This document shows, piece after piece, positions 37,106-49,424 of a stretch of 64,000 bases of DNA (the stretch's first letter is position 1; every line of letters begins with the position of its first letter). Below the pieces are notes generated by a model, which was given only the letters and a program-made list of their open reading frames with translations, did not search any database and was not told where the DNA came from. The stretch is from assembly GCA_030390025.1 (NCBI GenBank), contig CM059429.1:137702001-137766000 (forward strand), read 5' to 3'. Position numbers and translations under genes: made by a program. This DNA comes from Squalus acanthias (Eukaryota).

Positions 37106-38008
37106 TTCTTTTTTCTTTTGCGTTTTATGTTTGACATTGTGCCTGAGTGCATGAAGAAAGGGGAGGATGAAGTGTGGAAGATTAGGAGGAGGAAGAAAAA
37201 GCAACAATAATGGGTACTAGACTGGAGATGCCGCATTCCCTCCTGTATGATCCTCTCCAGTGGGTTCTACCAATTCTAGGCCAATGATTTGAAGGGTCAT
37301 TTCATCAGCGCAGAAATATCCATCGCTCCTTTCTGTTATCGGCTCCCTGCAAGTATAAACAAATTGGTGAAGTGCTACAAGCTTGAAGCCCCCTGACATA
37401 CCTATGCAAATGGCCACCCGCCCTCCCTGAGCATGAGTAAATAAGCAGCACTCAAGTGGCTGTTGGTGGAGACAGTAGCATGTATATTTTGATAAGGTTT
37501 CCTTAGAAGCTGGATGGTATGCCATGCATGAATATGGGCAGCCTTGTGGTTGCATGAGAAAGATTAAAGGGTTCCCAAATGCTCATCAAATGGCCAAAAC
37601 AAGATGCAGCTGGTTGAGGTGAACGTGTGTGTTGATGCCATGCCATAGTATTAACACTTTGCGTCCCTGAGGAACCATGAGCTCCATGCCTGGAGGATGC
37701 TGATCTTACGATCTCACAGCACACAATGGCACTTACTCCACCTGTATAAGCATTATACGGAATATGGACTCCAGGGGATTCTGATTTAGACCTTGAGCTG
37801 GGAGCACCAGGTGTAACATTATAATCCAGGTGACAGTGGAGGAGCAGTGAGGCCCACATGTGCCTTCTACAAATCCGGCACAGATCGTCCTGGCCGGAAA
37901 AAAATGGGCAGCGTGATTCCAACGAAATTTAGGCACCAACCCTCCTCCTTGGATTAAGCTGATCCTTTACTTGGCAGAGAGAAAATAATTACTTTGAAAC
38001 TGGAAGAT

Positions 38009-38752
38009 GGGCCGAAAATTGATCCCGGGACGCGAGAGTACGCACTGCATACTCTCGCGTATTCCCACTCCAATTGCCGGTTTTCTGCATGCCCTGCGCA
38101 TGCGCTGAAAACCGGCAATTGCTCTTCCGAAAAGGGGGCGGGGCCTGGCTGCATCGCGTGCGCACTACAGGCTGCGCGCACGCGATGCACTTCATGCTTT
38201 GGACGCGCAGGTAAGTAGGGAAGATTTTGGAAATGTAAAAAGGAGGAGTAAGACCCGCTTTTAAGAAGGTAAGTAGTGAATTAAGTATTTTTTTGAATTT
38301 TTTTTTACAGGTATATCTTTTTTATAGACTTTAAAGACAGGTAAGTTTATTTTTATAACTTTTTAAAAGATTTTAAATTTTTTCAAAAATTTAATTTTTT
38401 ATTTAAAATGGTTAATTTAATTAACTATACTTATTTTATTAATGTGATGGGTTTTTTTTTTAATTTAATTGAGGTTTAGCTGTTATTTTGGGGGGGTGTA
38501 AGATTCATAAGTCTCACAGCCATGCTGTGAGACTTATGAATGGAAGATGGTGTGCTGCCATTGGCTCTAACTGAGTCACGTGATCCCACAGCTCGCACGA
38601 ATTAACTACGCCGCTGGGATACGCAAGCCCAGCACAGCAGCTGTCCAGAACATCAAGTTCGTGCGAGCTGGATCAGAAAAAGCATAAGCGAGGTGAGACA
38701 TCGCGGGGAAGGCTTACCCCCGCGGGAACAGAGCGAGATCAATTTCTGGGCC
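38009..38752 (-). mobile_element. Full-length MITE family 1 copy
   Basis: Reverse-complement match to 1477-2240. TIRs GGGCCGAAAATT / AATTTCTGGGCC and 3-bp TSD GAT (38006-38008, 38753-38755). Confidence 0.88.
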
Positions 38753-39964
38753 GATCATGTTCCAACATCTGCTATTAATCCTCAGATTGCTGACCTGTTC
38801 AGGGAAACTTCTGAAGGCTTGGGCTCATGCAACCACGCTGAAACCATGCTAATATTACAGTAATAAAGCTACTCAGGCATCAGAAATAGCTTAAATACGC
38901 TAATATTAACCCGCAGTTATCAAAATAAATAGTTAAATACAATTTAATAAGTAAAAAATTAAACACTTTACCAATTCTTAACTTGTTGTGTCTTTGCTCT
39001 CCTTTCATCTCTTCCCTGTCATTTTCATATAGTCATTTGTTTTACTAATATATACATTATTTTAATTTGTTTCCTTTTTTTAGATCCTAAAACTATTCAC
39101 TCACCTTTATTTTTCTGCCTTCTTGTTCTCTGTTCCCATTATCCATTTTGCAGGTAGGAGCAACTTGCTTTTTAAATAAAAGGGTTTTCATTGACCAAGA
39201 GCTGGTTTTCCCGGCAGTAAAACCTCACAATCTGTATATTGATAAGTTGGCACGTATGGTGGGACCAAGTCACTTTTGATGTGTAAATAGATGTCCAAAC
39301 TTAGAACACTGCCGTCAACAAATACACACCCAGCAGCCCAACCACTGCCTGAAAGCATAAACTCACTGAGAATACTTCAAGAGTTAAAGTTTCTATTTCA
39401 GCGTACAGCGTATACGTAATGGGGGTCCTTGCGGTTTTACAGCTGAATTCTTTCAAAGACATGCTTGGCCGCCATGTTTGTTGCCAGATTGTGTACTGGA
39501 CACAATTGAATAAAACGATAATATTGAATTTGAGCCACAGGAAGCAGGTTGTCACTGCAGCCAGCCCATTTCAGCAACTTCAAATCTGGATACAGTTGAG
39601 CAACACAAGCTGAATTGAATAAACACTTCTGTTTCCTGGACAGAAGTATGAGTGGAAGCTGGCGTGACAAAAAAATTAACTATCCTGTGGCAAGAGGAAC
39701 AAGAGAGTGCTTTCCACCACAGTTATATTTCAGTGTTGTGTCTAGCAGAAGGCCCGTCTGTGGAAACAGTGCTGTAATATAAATGATGGAGTGTATATGC
39801 CTCTAGGATGTTCCTCCATTATCCCACCCGAAATTGGGCAGGATAGCGTTGAAAATGCTGGAAAATGGGACTCCTCCCTGCCCCAACCTCAATTTCCCTC
39901 CTCAGAATCCTGTCAGTACAACTGCTGGCTGCCCCATTCCTGTACTCAGGGGTGGGGCAGATGG

Positions 39965-40750
39965 AGAATATACAGGGCTGGAGAGGTTTCAGAGAAAGAA
40001 TGAGACAGGGCCATGGAGGGATTTAAAGACAAGGATGAGGATTTAAAATTTAAGGCATTGGGGGAAGCCAATGTAGGTCAGTGAGGATAGGGTTGGTAGG
40101 TGAGCAGGACTTAATGAGGGACAGGATATGTATAGCAGAGTATTGGATAATATGCTGATTATGAAGGTAGAGAATGGGAAGTCAGCAAGGAGAGTGCTAG
40201 AATAGTCCAGTCTGGAAATTATGTTTAAGGGTTACAGCGATGGGGAGGAGCAAGGTTGAGCTGAGCGGATAGCGACAATATTGTAGAGCTGGAAGTAAGG
40301 GTCCTTTGTGACAGAGAGGGCCTGAGGCTCACCTCAGGATCAAACAGGACACCGAGGTTGTGAACAGTCCGGCTCAGCCTGAGACAGTGGCTGGGGAAGG
40401 AATGAAATCAGTGGCAAGGACTGGAGTTTGTGGCAGGGGTTGAAGATGATGGATTTGGTGTTTTCAAAGTTGTGTCGGAGAAGTTATAAATTATCCAAGA
40501 CTAGATGTCGGACAAGCAGTCTGACAACACATAGTCAGTTGAGGGGCTTACTAAAGTATTGGATAGGTAGAGCTGAGTGCCATCAGTACATGTGAAAGCT
40601 GACCCCATGCCTGTGGATGATGGTGTTAAGTGGCAGCATGCAGATGAGGAAGAGGAGGGGCCAAGGATTGATCCTTGGGGGACTCCAGAGCTTATAGTAA
40701 AGGGGTGGTACGAAAAGTCATTGGTGAAATGATTCCCTTCCTTACCTATT
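39965..40750 (-). mobile_element. Decayed L2 LINE
   Basis: Reverse complement of the L2 RT/3' region seen at 52400-53100 and 14100-14450. Confidence 0.75.
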
Positions 40751-40759
40751 CAGACCTGC

Positions 40760-41200
40760 CTGTTGCAATCTTCCCCTTCCCTTCTGTTGAGCACTGCTTA
40801 CCAGAGCTCCCCATCACAATCTTCCCCTCTGCCGAGTCCTACCTATCAGAACGCTTCCCTCTCCATCTTCCTGCCCAGAACTGCTTGCCAAACCCTCCAC
40901 TTCTGCACAAAACTGCATGCCACAACCCTCCCCTCTTGCCCAATGATGCTCTGTCAGTCTAGTCTAATTTAGTCTTCCCTTCCTCGCCACTTCCCCTCCT
41001 TTCTGCCTACTGCTGCTTGCCATAATCCTTCCTTCCTTTTCAGAGCTACTTATCACAGCCTGTCCCTTCCGCTCAAAACTGCTTGTCACAGTCCTTCCCT
41101 GCCACTTAGAGCGGCCTATCATAACCCTGCCCTTCCAAACAGAGCAGCCTATCATATTCTTTCTGACTCCTCTTCTCCTCCCACCCAGAGCTGAGTTACT
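40760..41200. repeat. Degenerate ~31-bp pyrimidine-rich tandem repeat upstream of the gene B leader exon
   Basis: Recurring unit resembling CAGAGCTGCYTATCAYAAYCCTYCCYTYCY, about a dozen decayed copies. Confidence 0.55.
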
Positions 41201-41286
41201 TATGTCAGCTTCTTCTTGTAGAATAACTTTTTGTTTAAATACTTACAGATTCTCAATTACTGCTAAGCAGCCAAAAATCAGTCAAA

Positions 41287-41347
41287 ATGCTTTGTCAACA
41301 AAAATGTTTATCACAGTTCAACATAATTTTGCTGCTAGCAACATCAG
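41287..41347 (+). CDS. Gene B (CD2-like) signal-peptide exon
   Basis: ATG at 41287 reads MLCQQKCLSQFNIILLLATS(G) and ends at a phase-1 donor CAG|GTAAGG. Upstream context matches gene A. Confidence 0.85.
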
Positions 41348-41402
41348 GTAAGGATATTTGTATTTAAATACATTTTTAACTTTTTTATGAAATAAATTGT
41401 AT

Positions 41403-41553
41403 GGGGGTAATTTTAACTTCCACTGACAGTGCAAAACGGGCGATATCAGTTCAGCTGACCAGTATACATCCCGCCCGATTTTCCTTTCCATTTAAATCAA
41501 TGGGCAGCCGATCCAATATCGGCTGTTTTACACTATCACCGAAAATTACCCCC
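41403..41553. mobile_element. Short (151 bp) MITE
   Basis: TIRs GGGGGTAATTTT / AAAATTACCCCC with an internally palindromic structure around CCATTTAAATCAATGG. Related decayed copies at ~54664-54820 and ~58340-58500. Confidence 0.7.
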
Positions 41554-42648
41554 TGCCCTATACATTTAATTTCCAAAGGAAATCTGGAAATAGAGCTCAT
41601 TTAATGAGGTTGGTACAGTGTACAGTTGTAAAGTGGACAGGTGGATTTGCTATTGCATTAGCTGCTGCTACAAATATCTATTATATTTACTCAAACATTT
41701 CGGTTGTATCTTTTGCTGTTATTATCTGTTTTATGATATATTACACTCTCTAAGTGTGCACTCAATAAACTTCAAAAGCAAGAAGCACCCAATATACATA
41801 TACGTGTGTATGTATAAGCTGTACATATGACTATATATTCCTAATATAAATAAAAAGAAATTCTTTCATATTCAATATTTCATTCAAAAATTTGGATAAA
41901 TTACTTTCAAGAGGAGATTCTTATAATTGCAATTTGTACTTCTCAACATTAGTAAATAAAACATCATTGATTCTGTGTTGCCTACTTATACTGCTTGTAG
42001 GTGCTGACTGAGCACCTATTTCTAGATATTTATATTGAAAAATTCTCATTCAGTTGAAATGTTATAAATTAAACCTTATACATTCCTTGAGAGGGAAGTA
42101 AAATAAGACTCTTTAGGGTCATGGTTCCCCACTTGACACTGATGGTATTGAAAGTTTGGAGCCAAGTCAATCCTCTGTGGCAGACCTAATAATCTGATGC
42201 CTGATCTAGGCAGATCTGTGGTAATTCTGGGCCACTGTTGATAATTCACCCTACTGTCACTGGGGCCTGGGAATTTTCTCACTCAGCTCCAGATAACCAT
42301 TTAAGCTATTGCTCTTTGTCCTGATTAGACAATCGGTGGGAACTTACCAGTGCTCTGCGCTGTCAGACTGTGAGGTTTTAGCTGGTTAAACTCCAGCAGT
42401 ATTCCTGCGCACTTTTGGGGTTCGCTAAGCCTTGCCTCTGCCAACCTGTGCCGAAGCCCTTTACATTATCTCTGTTCTTCAAGTGAAAGAGTCTGCACTC
42501 CATATCAGGCCAACAGAAGTTCCACCCTTGTGGATTTCTCAGTAGCTTGGACTGGAGTCTCAAACTTGATGATGGGTTTCTGTGCATGTCAGAGACCCAG
42601 TTGACCAAAAAAAAATACATTTAAATGGTTTTATTCTTTAATCCACAG

Positions 42649-42966
42649 GACTGTTTCTTACAGAAAGTGTTGACGATGCAAAACCTGTTTACGGTGAACT
42701 TGGGAAGTCAGTTTTTTTAGATGTTCGCGATTCAATCTCCAATATTGACAATGACGTTATATGGTTCAAGGGACAAGCAAGAGTTGCACGGTACAAAGAA
42801 ATTTCTAAGTTCTATGGTGATTATGACCAGAGAGTACAGATTTTTCCAAATGGCACTCTGAAATTTTACATCGGAGAAAGAGCTGATGAAGGAGAATACC
42901 GTATTGAAATATATAACAAAAAGGGAAAACATCTATTTACTCAAAAAGTTAATTTGCTTTTACTTG
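42649..42966 (+). CDS. Gene B IgV exon (cysteine-free CD2-type V domain); missed by the ORF track
   Basis: Acceptor atccacag|, donor G|GTGAG, 318 nt open: LFLTESVDDAKPVYGELGKSVFLDV...DVIWFKGQARVARYK...IFPNGTLKFYIGERADEGEYRIEIYNKKGKHLFTQKVNLLLL. Colinear with the gene A V exon. Confidence 0.93.
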
Positions 42967-43399
42967 GTGAGTTTCTTTCTTTTAAACTTTTTTGTATTAG
43001 TATCTGGCCCAAAGCTTCATGACAAATTCACTGGGTAATGGTAGGGGACTACAAATCCTTTGGAGTAAAGGATTTTTTTCCAGGTAGTTAGAGTATTGTA
43101 AAGTTGGGGAATAACTCTCCGAGTCAGGATTAGCCAGGTATTCTAGAAGCTTCAACTCCTTCTGAATCCTGGAGCACCACCTGTAACATCAGCCTGTCAA
43201 CATGCATTTGCACACAGAGTGCATGTTGTTAGCATCATGCATTGTGTGAATAGCTCCATGCACATGCATGCTGGTGCAGATTTGGTGCTGCAAGACTTGT
43301 AGGAAGGAAGAGAGCAGGATAATCGCATTGACAACATCTGAATCACATCAGTGGGGTTGCTGATTAGCCTGAAAATAAGTATAACACTGTCACTATAAT

Positions 43400-43630
43400 A
43401 CTGATGCTTGTTTGGTACTGGTACAGCTCTAGTATTTATTTGGCATGATAACAGTTTGATGCTGCTCTGGTGTAAGCATTTAATGTTGGTACTGCTCTGG
43501 TAAAGGTCTGGAATCGGCACTGGTACAGATATAGGTCTGGTACTGATATCACTCTTGTATTGGTGCTAGACTGGTATTGTTACTGTTCTGGTACAGATCT
43601 GATATTGGCCTGGTACTGGTACATACAGTC
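43400..43630. repeat. Degenerate minisatellite (TGGTACTG/CTGGTACAG-rich)
   Basis: Repeated TCTGGTAC(T/A)G words in gene B intron 2. Confidence 0.55.
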
Positions 43631-45974
43631 CCTCTGGAATACTAGACTTGCACTCATATGTTTTTGTTATATTGGATGGTGATGCCCAGAAGTTGGAGCA
43701 TTCTGGTTCTGTGTTACAAGCAAAATATATATTTTGAACCACTTAAACTGCATTCTGGTAATCTTAAAAAAAGTGTCTATGCATGAGTTGCACCCACAAT
43801 ACAATGCAGAACGTTGTACTGTTGATCGTGTCATTACGCAGCAAATTATAAAACATTGAATCCTAAACCAACAAACTTTACCAGGTCTCAAGGCAAACTA
43901 GAACCAAAATTTAAGGAACACTTGTTTCCTTTGAATGGGTTTACACCAAATTGCAAGCAGTTCAGAGTAGTTACTATACACCAGGAGCCAAATTCAAATC
44001 TGCTTTGTCCCATAATGCACAATATAACTGCAGTATCAGATCTTACACCAGTACCAGTCTAGAACTCATACTAATCTCTTGTTGGTTTTAATCTACAAGG
44101 TAATCCATTCTACATTATGTTAGCCGAATATCTCAGTGGTTCTTTACAGGAATATTTTTAGGGAATTCGACCAAACCATGTCTTTCAGTTCATTGTATGG
44201 TTGAACAGTACAGTTTTTAAGTCATTGAAAAATGTTAAATTCTGATTTCTTTATACTGTCTCAATAAACTATACCTTCCCAGTTAGCCTAGATATAACAG
44301 TAATGAAAATAGATGTAAAACCCCTCAGAAATTTAAGGTGAATATTATCTTTTCTACATTGGTAACATTTCCAGGACGGTCAATAGGATTTATAGTTTGG
44401 CTCTTATTATTTTTATTCTAATTTATTTTTACGCCACTGGATTTTGTTCGGAAATATTTTTACACAGACAACATCCCCACACACTGTGCGCCGGTGCCAG
44501 CTTCTTCTTAGTCAGATAATGGCATTTAATTTCACTGTGCAAGTCTGTCAGTCAAGATGTATGAAACAAATATGACAGAAATTTTCCAAGACCTCTGTCA
44601 CCAGTGGGGACTTGTAGGCTGCAGGTGGTTTATCAGAAAATCACAGGTGCTCTGCCGACACTTTCTGTACATTGATTTCAAATGCACACAGTGAACTCCA
44701 GCGCTAGTACAACGAATGCTGGAAATGCAAAATAAAAACAGAAAATGCTAGAATTGCACAGCCTGTGACTCAAAGTCTGAAAGAAAAGGATTATTGTCTC
44801 ATGTTCTAATGAAGGGTTATACCTGAAACAAAACCCTACCTTTCCCTTTTGTTGGATGTCAAATTGACCTACTTTGTATTTCCAATTTGTTCAGTATTTG
44901 CAAAGTCTAGAGCTGCAGTTTGTATACAACATGGCCTTTCAAATTTCCCCTGTATTAGCTTCATATGTTAACACATAAATCATAGGAAACTGCATGCTCA
45001 AACTCACAGTTGTCACGTAAAAATCTGCAATACTGATGGGAAGCAGTTGTTGAAGAATATAGCTGGATCAGAGAGTTCTGATCATGCTATTCCTTAGAAT
45101 CACAAAACTAAAGTAATTAATCATGAGAAACAGCAGAAGCATGAGAGTAAATTACTTCCTTAAGCTCACCTTCCATTACTCGCTTCTGTATGTAATATAT
45201 ACTGTAATATAGGGTAAGGTTTAGCTTATTTCTAGTTTTCCTATTATTATATGAATTGATCACTGAACACTGGTTAGTTTGCTTAGCTGGTCCATATTGA
45301 AAACATTGTTTCCATGAGGTTAAGAGGTGCCATAATTCACTTGTTCTTATAAATTTTACATATTGACTTAATAGATTATTGATGGTGGAGTTGTAACATT
45401 AGCGATTTTGTCACTAAGACCAATTAAAGTATACAAATCCTTTAAGTTCACTTACAGCTGTAACGTGGGCTTTGCTTTAATTGTGGAGGTTTTCTGATGT
45501 CACTGAAATATCAAAACAGCTTCCTGTTACGAAGAACAATAAGTATAACCAAATTTATGTCCTGGAGGTGTATTGGTTTGTTACCAAATATTTTTTAATG
45601 AATTTTTATAGTAGATTTAGGCTATACAGTGTATAGCCTAAAAGCATATGCCTTTTAATTACACCACAAACTATAGATTTTCACCATGTCTTCAAACTAA
45701 CGGCAGATGTAATGGAGTTTTTATTTTAGTTGTAATTGGGTTAAATAAATGAAGGTTATTCTAAGAAATTTTAATTAGGATATAAGTAAATGAGGTTTAC
45801 TTATTACAATTAGCTTATACAGCTAAATGTGTCTAGTAGGGTTTATTGTGCATGTAATTATGGAAAGACTAAATCTTATGATAGTAAATATTAAGATTAA
45901 TTGCTGTGCAGTCTAACGCAACAACAAAATTATTATTCATCATTATTATCTACACAGACTTATCTATTTTTTTA

Positions 45975-46318
45975 TATATTAGTTCCTGGGATGTGGGCGT
46001 CATTGGCAAGGCCAGCATTTATTGCCCATTCCTAATTGCCCTTGAGAAGGTGGTGGTGAGCCGCCTTCTTGAACTGCTGCAGTCCGTGTGGTGAAGGTAC
46101 TCCCACAGTGCTGTTAGGTAGGGAGTTCCAGGATTTTGACCCAGCGACGATGAAGGAATGGAAATATATTTCCAAGTCAGGATGGTGTGTGACTTGGAGG
46201 GGAACTTGGAGGTGGTGGTGTTCCCATGCGTCTGCTGCCCTTGTCTTTCTAGGTGGTAGCGGTCGTGGATTTGGGAGGTGCTGCCGAAGAAGCCTTGGCA
46301 AGTTGCTGCATTGCATCT
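45975..46318 (-). mobile_element. LINE family B 3' fragment
   Basis: Near-identical to 5455-5800. Confidence 0.88.
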
Positions 46319-49300
46319 ATGAGACTATATTTAGAATTATATAGAAATTACAACATGGAAACATGCTGTTCAGCCCAACCAGTCCATATTGGTGTTAATT
46401 CTCCAAATGAGCAGTAGTCTTAATCCCAAGTTCCCACGCTATTCTCATATCCCTTCATCCCCTTTTCTTCATACCATCTATCTAACCTGTTCTTAAAAGA
46501 TAACATAGTCTCTGCTTCAATCACTAACTCTACAGCCTCACAACCTTCTACTTAAAACAAATTTCCTTTGATCTCCGACCTTTAATCTTATTTCCATGTC
46601 CCCCTCATTCTAGACATCTCAACTAACAATCTGGGTGATCAGCCATTGGTAGATTTATTCACCATGTATTTCATGGCACAGGCACAATGGGCTGAATGGC
46701 CTCCTACTGTGCTGTACCATTCTATCTCTGTACTTCCATTTTGAACTCCTCAAAGCTGCTGAAGCTGAGACACAATGAAGCTCAGACATTCTGTCCACAT
46801 CCTGAACAATATGCAGTTTTTGTGAAACGAAGTATTGGGCAAGGAGCTGAATGCAACACTAAATAAGCCCTTCAACCATGGTGGAAAAAATGGAATGAAC
46901 ACATTGACCCTGCAGTAACCTTGAAGGTTAGCAGCATCAATGTTGTTACAATGGGCCATAAGTTGCTGTAGGAGTGAATCTAACAACATTTGCCATTAGT
47001 TAAACTTGCCTTTGCCCGTTTAATCTCAACGATATTTTGCATGCAATTTGCTGAAAGTGCAAGCTGATAACGGCGCAGCGAGGGAAACTGAGAATCTGGG
47101 ACCTGAAACAGGGCAAGCAACTGTGTATTTCCTTAACCAATCAGATTGAAGGATTGTGAAATTAACAGTGCAAGGACTCAGAAGGAAGTGTAAATTAGAA
47201 TGGGTGAATTCAATGTCAAATCAGGTGCAGAAAAAGAAATAAAGAGAGGGAAAGAAAGATTGGATTAAGAGAGAGAGAATAAAGAGACAGAAAGGAAAAG
47301 TAAAAAAAAAATTTAATTTCACATTTTTAAAGTATCCAACAACAATTAAAACCTGAAGGAATGTAGTAGATAATTTTCAGTGCCAGAAAGGTTCATTGGC
47401 AATAATTAATAATTAGCACTTCGTTAAAAGAATCTCTGACAGCTCATCCAGGCTCAATTAAATATGTGTGAATCTTAAATGGCTCCAAAACAGACTACTT
47501 GCGTCACTTCAGACCAGCTCTAACTTTCTGTGGTGACTTTAGTTTGTATCTACCGCACGAGTACAGCAACTTCACATCATTCAATGCATTTCAATGGTGA
47601 GCCAGACAGCGAGATGCTGTTTTCACTAAGCCAACGGCGGAGCGGCGCATCGCGGATAGCAACTTCTGGATTTCCGCGTTTAACCGCGCATCTGCCCCTC
47701 CGCCTGAAATCGCTGTAGCATTTGCGCGCAAATAACGGCGAGCGCCGTTAGCCTAACCCTTATTTTGACAGCAGATTATTGCTTTCACTGGTGTGCCAGA
47801 GACCACGTAGGCTATAGTTGGGCCCGCAGTTAAAATGGCAGTGTTGTGTCCCGATGATGCTATCGGGACAGGACACTGCCATTTAAATTAGGCCCCCGTT
47901 CCTGAATTCAGGTAAGTAAGAATGGTGAGGGGCAGGAACGTGTCGGGATTGTGGCGCAAACCTCCATTGCTATCTTAACCGCGCCTGCGCTGTTCCTGCC
48001 CAGTGAGGGGTTACAATCGACCCTGTGGCTTCTTTTCCTGCCGAAAATTACTTTTAGAGATGTGCATACATGCATGCTGACATCTTCGGTGTTGAAAATG
48101 GTGGGAAATTTCCTCCATTTTTTCCTCAATATTCAAAAATGTCAATAAGTCATATCAGAAAAGTTATTCATAAGTTCTGGATATTTGCAACGCCACAAAC
48201 AATCTTTATTGATAAATCCTAACGTACTACTCAATGAGTACTTTTCAAATTTTATGATAAAATAGTGATTAAGAGCCTAAAATTCCTGGGGTTGGGAAGG
48301 GTGGAAAGGGAATCATTTACAACATTGTTTGAAACGGAGGCCAGAAAGGAAATTTGGGTGATTGAGAGTTTAGTGGGAATGGTGTTGAGGGAATAGGAGG
48401 TGCGGGACGGGGTGAGTCTTCTGTCTGCCCCCCATATCTGAGATAGTTACCGGGCTAACCTAGGAAGTCGTCCCATTACTAAAATTCACATAGCTTGTTC
48501 TTCGACCCTTCCTGGGCCTCAGGGTTCCCCTGACAGAGCAGCTGTACGCAGGATTTTCCCTCAGGAGATTAAATGAATGGAGTAGAGTTCCTGATAGAAT
48601 AGATTGTGCATGGTCTTTAGAAGGAATGGGTTTTATGAGCTCAATGGCCTTTTCTTGTTGCAGGCTTTCTTAAACTATTACATTTATCTGTAAATTTCTA
48701 AAGAACATTTGAATTCATCATATTCTTGGAATAAACTGAACATCAGTCTGTTTTAGTTTCAATATTAGTACACACATGATACTATTTAAAAGCATGTATT
48801 ATTAAGTAAAAATTGTAGAAAAAGCACAATGTACATTTCTCAATTTACATCATGACTATTTTGGGTAGAGCCTGGCCCCACATTGTCTGTCACTATAAAA
48901 TTCAATGGTATCTTTTGTCAAAGCAGACCAGCTGTTAAGCTTTGGAGCATTTGAAATCAGCCAATGAACAGTTTTCTAAAACCCCTGCAAAAACGAACAA
49001 AATTACAAACCAATTTTGAGATGATTTTTTACATTTAAGATTAAAAAGGGTCAATTGTGAAAAACCTAACCTTTGAATTCAATAGGGTAGATTTTCTAAG
49101 ACCTCTCTGTCAGTGAGCCTGCAATTTTCTATCCATTGAAAAACATTTGCTGAGCAAATGGGAAGGTTACATTTCCTGAACGCTGACTGTGTTCTTTAAC
49201 ATATAGGGGGCAATTTTCATCTCACTATCATTCCAATTTGGGCTTCAGCAGGACGATAAGATGCCCAGAAAACCGTTGTAAATCAGTTCGGCTGGATATC

Positions 49301-49424
49301 CTTTGTTAAGACCCTGCTTGTGATCCGGGTCGGGCCTGGTGCGGGTGTCTGAAGCTCTCGCCCAAAGAAGGCGGGAGCTCCATTAGTGTATGTAAAAGGG
49401 GAAGGGTGCGCCGCCAAATTTGGG

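Noticed and set aside
43400-43630. Repeat arrays here and at 40760-41200 and 54480-54660 considered as CRISPR-like or coding repeats
   Set aside because: Vertebrate intronic context, degenerate units with no constant repeat/unique spacer structure and no spliceable frame. These are ordinary decayed minisatellites.
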